Positions 54,565 through 61,920 of a stretch of DNA of 61,920 bases are shown here, in pieces (position 1 is the stretch's first letter; each line of letters begins with the position of its first letter). A program made the position numbers and the translations under genes. This stretch comes from Corallochytrium limacisporum Hawaii. Lineage: Eukaryota > Protista > Pluriformea. The notes under the pieces are model-generated. The model was not told the origin of the DNA. It was given only the letters and a program-made list of their open reading frames with translations, and did not search any database. The stretch lies in NCBI GenBank assembly GCA_002811645.1, contig PDIP01000106.1, positions 55,783 through 117,702 of the forward strand, written 5' to 3'.

Positions 54565-55289
54565 ACCTACAGCGGTGCAAAGTCCACGCTTGAATTCAAG
54601 AATTCTCCTCCCATTAAGAATGTGGGGCAAACGACCGATGCTTATGCACATGCACATGCAAGAAATCGACTAAGGAAAGCACCAGGCTCCGCCTTCCCAA
54701 TGTTTGCACGAGCGGCGCTCACAATTCTCATCTCATCCCTTACGTGCCTAGAGTGTATTCGTACAGATTTAAAGTACTTTAGCCAACCCGGCGCCAAAGA
54801 CCATCCACGGCGACGGAGCTCCCACTCCCTTCAAACTCAGCGTCCCGATCGGCTTAGGTCACTGTCATCTTCGATTTCGCCCAGTTCGCGCCAAAGTGTA
54901 AAGGGGCCCACGGTCCGTAGACCCGCACCCTCCTCCTTGAAGGCCCTCCTTGCAATGCACCCCCTCCTGGTTGAGTTTCGTCTGAACCTGCGTCTCACCA
55001 CCGGGGTCCCGGTAGGGCAAACCTCGTACGAGTCCTGAAGACTGACCAGAGCAAGAGCACTCGTAAAGCTATGACATTCGCGACAGGCACAATCATGTAA
55101 GGTACGTCTATCTAGTGCAAGCGTAAGTCTGGCTGCACAGCAATCAGTACGCAACTTTCCTTATGGTGTGGCTGGACGAAGAACGAAAAGGAAAAACAAA
55201 TGCAGGTATGGTCGAAGGGAACATGCGTAGCGGTGCAGAGTAAGTGAGTAACATTACCTTAGCGCATATAGTTATATAGTTGGCAAACC

Positions 55290-56858
55290 ATGCCATTAGT
55301 TGGTGCAAGTGTGGGTCCTGAGATAGGGATGAATGCCCTCGTCAAGGTAACGCTTCCTGCTGGCTGGGAAACGGTAGACGCGTTGTTACGTCATCCGTCT
55401 TGTGAGGATGAGTACTACGCTTTCGGCAATGACCTTGTCTTTGTACACTGTCCAAATCTGAAGAGAGAGCATACGAATAATTTTTATTCTGATAATTCAG
55501 TAGTTACGTGGCACGTTGATGATTTCATTTATCAGGTGAGTGCTGACGACGAGCATGTTGCAATTGACGGGATCAGTGAGTACGACGACCTAGCAATGGA
55601 TCTCAATGATGAAACCGAAGAGCAACACCCCGAATGGAAGGCTTACTCTACGACTGCAAGGCGACAGGCAGAGACAGACACGCATGCAGATGATGAGACG
55701 AAATCGGCTAGTGTAAAAAAGCAAAAGATCATTGACGGAAGACACCTTGACATGATTGATCAGAACAACACCAACAAGGACGGATGGTTCCATTGGGACG
55801 CGGACGGTACAGGGGTGCATGTGTACGTCATGGACACGGGCATCAATTTCAGTCATGAAGCCTTTCGCGAGCGCCAGGGAACTGTGAATTGGGACGGTGT
55901 CATGGACGGTCGGGGCGCGTCCGGCTTAGATTGTGGGGTCCACGGATCCAACGTCGCATCAATTGCTGTTGGTGGCGACGTGCGCGTACGAGAAACGGAA
56001 AAAGATGGCGACAACAAGCATGGTTTCGGCAGCAACACTGGCATTACCAACGAGACTCCCACCTTTCCCTACGGCTTGGGTGTAGCCCGGGGTGCCATCG
56101 TGCACAGTGTTCGTGCAATCGGTTGTACCGGCCGCACGAATCACTCGGTCTTCGCCAAGGCCATCAGCTGGATCCTGCACAACGTTGAACACCCGGCGGT
56201 AGTAGTGGCATCTCTCGGAGCGCCGAACAACCCGGTCATGACGGAGGGCACAAAGGCACTGTTGGAGGCGAATGTGCACGTTGTGGCCGCAGCCGGCAAT
56301 AACCAAACCGACGCCTGCACCTGGACTCCTGGCCATGTCGATGGCGTGATCGCCGTTGGTGCTACAGGCACATCATACAACAAACTCGGCTTCAGCAATA
56401 GTGGCAAGTGCGTGACCATTTGGGCTCCGAGCGCGGCTGTGCTGGGTGCCGATGTGGTTGATGAGACATCCCTTTCACATCGCACGGGTACATCACAGGC
56501 CTGTCCGCTAGTGGCTGGTGCTGTGGCGCAGTACCTGCAGGTCTTCCCGGACGCCACACCAGCGCAGATCCGAGATGCACTGATACGAGACAGTCAGAAG
56601 GGCATCGTCCGAGATCTACCCGACGATGGTAGTCCCAACCGATTCCTTTACATCGACCGCTCTACCGACCCGAAAGTGAATCCGCTGCGAGCAGTAGATG
56701 AAGTACCGCCAATCGTAGCTACTCCCTCCCCGTACGCGAAGAACCACGTCAGTCTCAGGGCGTTACTGATCACTTTGGTGGTCGTGGTGGCAGTGGTTGG
56801 TGCTTCCTTCACAATCTACCGCGGCTATTCTGATAGCACGTACGCATCTATTAGTTAA
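55290..56858 (+). CDS. S8A subtilisin (proteinase K/PCSK9-like) with C-terminal transmembrane helix
   Basis: Catalytic VYVMDTG, CGVHGSNVA, AAAGN, GTSQACP; hydrophobic LLITLVVVVAVVGASFTIY near the C-terminus. Confidence 0.88.
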   Translation: MPLVGASVGPEIGMNALVKVTLPAGWETVDALLRHPSCEDEYYAFGNDLVFVHCPNLKREHTNNFYSDNSVVTWHVDDFIYQVSADDEHVAIDGISEYDDLAMDLNDETEEQHPEWKAYSTTARRQAETDTHADDETKSASVKKQKIIDGRHLDMIDQNNTNKDGWFHWDADGTGVHVYVMDTGINFSHEAFRERQGTVNWDGVMDGRGASGLDCGVHGSNVASIAVGGDVRVRETEKDGDNKHGFGSNTGITNETPTFPYGLGVARGAIVHSVRAIGCTGRTNHSVFAKAISWILHNVEHPAVVVASLGAPNNPVMTEGTKALLEANVHVVAAAGNNQTDACTWTPGHVDGVIAVGATGTSYNKLGFSNSGKCVTIWAPSAAVLGADVVDETSLSHRTGTSQACPLVAGAVAQYLQVFPDATPAQIRDALIRDSQKGIVRDLPDDGSPNRFLYIDRSTDPKVNPLRAVDEVPPIVATPSPYAKNHVSLRALLITLVVVVAVVGASFTIYRGYSDSTYASIS

Positions 56859-57016
56859 ATCAGACCATAGACATGGACTGATCTGTATTGTAAGCAAGTT
56901 TTAGTAGAAGAATACTTGATTGTGTCTTGTATTCCATGTATTGAGATGCTGTGTAGTCATACACAATGTTCATAGAGAACTGATACAAAAAACATGCCTT
57001 CTACACCACAAGAAAC

Positions 57017-57505
57017 TTAAGACTCCATGGCCACTTCCCGCATGATGCGGTTGGCAGGTTCCAGCACCTTAACTACTTCATCACAAAGCTCCAATAGTAC
57101 TCCAATGTTCGCGTGCCGTCCCGCAATAAAGGTGACCACAAAGTCTGGGGCAACTCTCTGCACAATTGCCTGTCCCTTGCGGTGAAAACTTACACTTGCC
57201 TTACACCGACCACCGCTCTGTGAAGGAAACAGCTTCGCCGCCTGTTCTACTCCGGTGCTGTAAACGTTCAGAAAAGTTCCAAGCGACGTCGGTTGGCGCA
57301 ATTCATCCCTGAACACGGCACCCTGCTCCAGAGCAGCAGTCACGAGAACCCCATCTCTGTCGCTTATAAAAACTGCTTCAATGAATACATAGCGGTCGAT
57401 CAGCCGGCTAAGATACTGTTCAAGAGGAAACTGTTGCGGTTGTGGCGGCTGCGGTCCAGGTGGATTGGCCTGGTGTCCGCCTTGTCCTCGTCCAGGAGAG
57501 ACCAT
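57017..57505 (-). CDS. LAMTOR3: Ragulator subunit LAMTOR3 (MP1)
   Basis: L..YL..L, AVFISDRDGV, FL..Y....EQA.KL, VVTFIA...AN.G.LL.L. Confidence 0.85.
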   Translation of the reverse strand: MVSPGRGQGGHQANPPGPQPPQPQQFPLEQYLSRLIDRYVFIEAVFISDRDGVLVTAALEQGAVFRDELRQPTSLGTFLNVYSTGVEQAAKLFPSQSGGRCKASVSFHRKGQAIVQRVAPDFVVTFIAGRHANIGVLLELCDEVVKVLEPANRIMREVAMES

Positions 57506-57955
57506 TCTGTTGGTTGTATGTGCGTTCGTGGGATTTCTATCTGAACTCTTCTAAGCTTTGCATCAACTACATGTATGCAATATTGAAATTAGATGTCAGA
57601 TGTCAAGAATTGTGTTGCTTCAATTTCCAGGAGTCTAAAATACGTCAAAGTGTAAAGGAGCCTCGTTCGCAACGTTTGTTGATTTTGTATAGCTCTTCGG
57701 TCTGACCTGTTTTCACTCCCCGTGACGAATAGCCACCAGCTTGACCGTAATAATGGACTTGCATTGCGGGGAGCCTACATATCAACAAACTTGCGAAAGT
57801 GCTGTACATTTAGTACTGCCTTAATATTCAGAACATTTACTATGGTATTTTGGGAGTCTATTTTCCCTCTTGTTTTCTCAGAATCAGTTGCTAGCCCGGG
57901 CAAGATTTTGACGCCCTTCAGCGATCTCTACTGACCAAGTAAGTCAAAACATGCT

Positions 57956-58513
57956 TCACTTCAATACAGTGTATTTGACTTCGACCATGCCATGGTCACC
58001 CTGCTTGACCATCTCAGTTTGCAACTTGATACGGCATTCAATACTATCGAACAGACTCACACCACCACCTAAGACAATGGGTACGATGGCCAGCTTCATC
58101 TCATCGACACACCCGCTCTCGAAAGCTTGGCGCACCAGTGCGGCGCCGTCCAGATAGATCCCTTTGTCTCCTGCAGTCTTGCTTACTTCAGCAAACATGG
58201 CCTTGAAATCGTCACCGGCAATCGCTCTCACTGTAGGTCTAGTTTCCTGCGGGAGATCACGGTGAGTGGTTACAAAGATAGGAAGGTCTCCATAAGCCCA
58301 CATTTCTGGCCCGAATCCACTGACCACATCGAAAGTCTTTCTACCCATCATCATTGCCCCGCATTGTGAGAGGAACTTCTCAAACTCTGATGGCCCCGTG
58401 TCCTTCGGATCGTCTTTTGTTGAGTCCGGGCCGGGCAGCCAGGACAGATCATCATCGGGGCCTGCAACGAAACCATCTAGGCTCATGGCCAGATAGACCA
58501 AACCTTTTGCCAT
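57956..58513 (-). CDS. DHFR-like / RibD C-terminal family reductase, bacterial type
   Basis: YLAMSLDGFVAGPDDDLSWL, MMGRKTFD, W.Y...P.FV.THR, IYLDG.ALV, VDE....IVP..LGGG..LF. Confidence 0.85.
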   Translation of the reverse strand: MAKGLVYLAMSLDGFVAGPDDDLSWLPGPDSTKDDPKDTGPSEFEKFLSQCGAMMMGRKTFDVVSGFGPEMWAYGDLPIFVTTHRDLPQETRPTVRAIAGDDFKAMFAEVSKTAGDKGIYLDGAALVRQAFESGCVDEMKLAIVPIVLGGGVSLFDSIECRIKLQTEMVKQGDHGMVEVKYTVLK

Positions 58514-59328
58514 CGCTGAACAGTTCGGAACCCAATTATAGTATGACAAACAAGTGTTGTCCAAAAAATGAAATTCAGCGACGCCTCAGTGCTCTACAAG
58601 GTTCTATTGTTCACTTTGGGTGGTTCAAATGGCTTTAGTTATCGGACAGGGGAGAGTGTGCGCAAAGTACAAGGGGCTTATCTATCAATCAAGTACACAA
58701 GCCAGCGAACAAGGAACTGCGAGGGGACGACCATCTGAAAATCGGACATCACCGGACCAAAATAGTCACCAAACTGGCTACTCCTAAACTAGTTTCCTGA
58801 TTTTCCTCTCCTGCCGCTTGCACCCTTCCTGACACCACTCGGCTTGCGGTCCTCAGGAAAAACGTTGATGCGCAGAAAGCAGATATTTTGCTTTCGTACT
58901 TGTTGCCCGTTATCACTGTCTGCGTTGGGTCTCGAATTGGAAGGTTTTCGGCAGGAATCAAAATTCTCCTACGTAAAATTGCTCCGAGACCGCCTGTTCC
59001 GTATAATCGGCCCGTTTACGACGCGATGACCCACTAGTTGCGTGGTAAAGGTTGGATGGTGAGGTGGCGATTGAGTGGGTGCGGGGGAGTGGTTCTTAGG
59101 TATGGCTGAGAAAAAAATAGCACAAAGGGGAACACAATAGCAACGACACCAAAAGGTTACGTAACAAACAGTGGCGGCGTAGGACTTTCGGTACGTCAAT
59201 TGTAAGCCCTGTTTACCGTTGTAAATATTTGATTGAAGCTATTTGTGTGGCCTTCCAGATCCTGTGAAAAGACCTTACACCCCCCGACATCCAGACTGGT
59301 GACTAGCAGAAGATATTGATACAGCACT

Positions 59329-60372
59329 ATGTCCAATGGACTGGGAAGAGCAGTACGGGCCTCGGTGGCGACTAGCCGAGTGTCCCGCAGAGCCTTCACT
59401 AGTGAAACTATGGTGAAGCCCCAACCTAGTCAATTCAAGGAAAGCTTGGCAAGTCGGAAGGATGAGGCTTACCAAAACATCCCCTGGACCGCCTTCTACG
59501 CAAGCTACCTTAAGGCCCCGGAAGACCCGTTCGTCAGGTGCCTCTTCAATCCGGAAGACCTGCACAATGAAATCTTCAACAATCTGTGCGGTGGGCATTA
59601 CCACGCCTGGCCCATGTACCGGGTACATTTTTATGACCGAATCATGAAGCAGAGTGTTTCCGGGCGGCTTGGTCACCACAGCGGTAAGGGCTACCGGCCA
59701 GTCACGCAAATGGTCACCCTGGGAGCTGGCTTGGACACCCGATCTGTTCGTACTCCAACCGTCCCCGGCCGCCGGGGCGAACCAGTGGCTCTGCGATTCT
59801 ACGAGACGGACTGTGAGAACCTCCTGAACTATAAACAGCTTTGCTTCCAACATGAAGGCTACAGCACGGACCGCCTGGTCTGCGTGCCTGGCAACTATGT
59901 AACTGAGTTTGACAAGATATTTGCAAGGTTTGAAGAACAGGGCCTGAAGCGGGATCAACCGACTATGGTAACCTGGGAGGGCAACATTATGTACAATCCC
60001 CACAATGATGTACTGAAGACGGTGGTCAATGTCTGTGATTTCTTCCGCGACACTGCCCTGTACTTTGCCTACGACTCTTTGCCGTCTGCAATGATAGCGG
60101 ACCCAAGTGGCACCTGGCGAGAAGAAGTAGGGTTGGCTCATGTCATGGAAAAGATTACAGAGATGGGATGTCCATTTGTAAATGGTCTCGATGATCACCA
60201 CAAGGAGGTTGTGGAACCGGTCAACAAGATGCTCGAAGAGGCTGGAATTCCCGGAACGATAGCGTTGATATCAGACGAGTCGTGCATGACATATGCAGAC
60301 CCTGTGCACCATCCCGATGTAAACGATGATGCCCACAAGTACCGCATGGTCAACATAATCTACGATTTATGA
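59329..60372 (+). CDS. LCM-family class I SAM-dependent methyltransferase with mitochondrial-like presequence
   Basis: R..FYD, QMVTLGAGLDTR, FYETD..LL.YK, VPGNY, PT.V.WEG..MY; N-terminus Arg/Ser/Ala-rich and free of acidic residues. Confidence 0.8.
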   Translation: MSNGLGRAVRASVATSRVSRRAFTSETMVKPQPSQFKESLASRKDEAYQNIPWTAFYASYLKAPEDPFVRCLFNPEDLHNEIFNNLCGGHYHAWPMYRVHFYDRIMKQSVSGRLGHHSGKGYRPVTQMVTLGAGLDTRSVRTPTVPGRRGEPVALRFYETDCENLLNYKQLCFQHEGYSTDRLVCVPGNYVTEFDKIFARFEEQGLKRDQPTMVTWEGNIMYNPHNDVLKTVVNVCDFFRDTALYFAYDSLPSAMIADPSGTWREEVGLAHVMEKITEMGCPFVNGLDDHHKEVVEPVNKMLEEAGIPGTIALISDESCMTYADPVHHPDVNDDAHKYRMVNIIYDL

Positions 60373-60573
60373 AGATATCTGTGTTAGGGGTTTGCTAAGA
60401 GCGAAATTTGATTAATAATGAATTCACGACAAGAAAGCCTTAGTCTATTCTGGTGTTCACAATGATCCACAATGTTCGCATACGCAGCGGGCCGGCCTGT
60501 AGATGGACTGCGTCTTGTCAATATATATTTGCTGTCGATCATTATCATCTGATCACAATGCAAGTCCTCTCCA

Positions 60574-61542
60574 TTAATTCCGATTTCCAAACAGTGCCAA
60601 AATGTACAAAAATAGGTTGATAATGTCAACGTACAGATTCAGTGCCGCGAGGATGTACTCTTCGGGGCTAATGGCCATCTTATGCTTACCTCCCAGCATG
60701 AGCTGTGTATCATAGACCAAAAAGATTGTGAACAAAAGAGCACCCAGTGCCGCATACACAACGTTCACCACATCATTCCGGAAGAAAATCGCAAAGATAC
60801 CGAATCCAAGTAGCACCAACAGAGCAACCAACAGGTATCCACCTTTGTCTGTGATGTCATACTTGGTCTGGAAAGCGAATATAGTTACACCTATCGTCAC
60901 AATGGCAGTGACACCGACAGCATATAGGACCGCAGATACATCATAGAACGTAGTGATGGTGCCCACCAGGTAGGCCATGCATAGGGTGTAGGCTCCGAGC
61001 ATGATGTAGTTCCATGGGGTCTGGCGCCGCAACTTCTCCACGCACACCATGGCAATCAGCAGGACAAAGGTCAGACCGTAGGCAACCCACAACAGAGCAG
61101 GATTGTCTTGTACAAACTCTTGCACACCATCAATGCTCACAAAGATGGCGACAGTGCCGAACGTTACCAAAAGTTGCAAGCTGAGAATGGCATATACCTT
61201 ACGAATGAATCCGGCCCTAATCTTCCTGTCGGCAAACTCGGCCAGTCCCTTCCAATCAGGATCCATGTCTGTTCCTGCTGGATATCCACCATGTTCAGCA
61301 CCTACTGAAGCCTCATATGTAGGTAAGTGGTCACCAGAGCCGGCTAAATTTGCGTCATAACCTGGGTGTTCATGATACTGTCCCTGGTACTGTCCCTGGT
61401 AGGCCTGAGCAGGATACTGCTGATCAGCATAGCTCTGGGGAGGATACTGCTGACCAGCGCCATAATTAGGTTGATATGCTGAATGTGTGAAGGCAGATTG
61501 GGCACTTAGACCCTGCTGAAAAGTCGGTGGTGGTGCAGACAT
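60574..61542 (-). CDS. TMBIM / Lifeguard family (GRINA/FAIM2-like) membrane protein
   Basis: Pro/Tyr/Gln-rich N-terminus, IR.GFIRKVY.IL..QL, RR..PWN, FAFQTKYD, LVYDTQL..GG.H, SPEEYI.AALNLY.DI. Confidence 0.93.
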   Translation of the reverse strand: MSAPPPTFQQGLSAQSAFTHSAYQPNYGAGQQYPPQSYADQQYPAQAYQGQYQGQYHEHPGYDANLAGSGDHLPTYEASVGAEHGGYPAGTDMDPDWKGLAEFADRKIRAGFIRKVYAILSLQLLVTFGTVAIFVSIDGVQEFVQDNPALLWVAYGLTFVLLIAMVCVEKLRRQTPWNYIMLGAYTLCMAYLVGTITTFYDVSAVLYAVGVTAIVTIGVTIFAFQTKYDITDKGGYLLVALLVLLGFGIFAIFFRNDVVNVVYAALGALLFTIFLVYDTQLMLGGKHKMAISPEEYILAALNLYVDIINLFLYILALFGNRN

Positions 61543-61920
61543 TCTTCCTGTCTTCGCGAAGCCAATCACAGTGATAGTATCTCTTTGCGTCAGGTTCTAT
61601 TGTACATATTCACGACGGTGGTGTTTCAGATTACGAAGTGACTGCTGTCAGATACCAGACGTGCTGAATTGATAACACTATGATGATCACATTCATACGT
61701 TGCATTAAAACACAGAGACGGCAGGTACGGGGCCATGGCCAGCCAACGCAGCGGAACCCGCCTCTGCGCCGGACCCCACAAACTGGTCTGGCAAACCGGA
61801 AATCGGCGAATACACCGTAGTACTGTAACGGGCGCTTCCTACTGCCTCATACCACCCTCTGTCTGGGAATATTGTATCAAATCTACTCATTTTGATTTAG
61901 CTCTGCCGTCGCTTGGGAGA

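Noticed and set aside
54660-55154. Possible IQ-like or other gene remnant upstream of MUTYH
   Set aside because: Protein-like but no family could be recognised; too weak to call.
61705-61890. 61-aa ORF at the window end
   Set aside because: Short, preceded by an in-frame stop, and no recognisable homology.
1-61920. tRNA, rRNA or transposase/reverse transcriptase genes
   Set aside because: No cloverleaf, rRNA-length match or mobile-element ORF seen by eye.

Overview
Gene-dense, almost intron-free eukaryotic scaffold with five N gaps. The gene mix (LAMTOR3, TBC1D5, NTAQ1, MUTYH, Beclin, an IFT remnant, His-Asp receiver domains) suggests a non-animal unicellular opisthokont, plausibly a holozoan such as Corallochytrium; this is inference only. 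About 23 intact genes are present, mostly housekeeping: PP2C, TBC1D5, RPLP0, ORC2, SOD2, ALKBH8-like, METTL2-like, PPCS, RPLP2, PPTC7, WDR43, NTAQ1, BECN1, a CNBD K+ channel, TM9SF, MUTYH, an S8 protease, LAMTOR3, a DHFR/RibD-like reductase, an LCM methyltransferase and a TMBIM protein. Highlights: (1) a candidate transcription factor fusing two intact phospho-receiver domains to an E-box-type bHLH, a possible undescribed phosphorelay-to-bHLH output; (2) decayed flagellar genes hidden between intact genes (IFT54 with a frameshift plus internal deletion, and a RIB43A stub absent from the ORF track), plus a multiply frameshifted 4-EF-hand gene; (3) a candidate box C/D snoRNA with a 14-nt antisense to 18S rRNA in the one coding intron found (RPLP0); (4) a five-unit structured tandem array with covarying hairpins upstream of the REC-REC-bHLH gene; (5) two bacterial-type genes in a divergent pair. 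All family assignments come from recognising motifs by eye, not from database searches.
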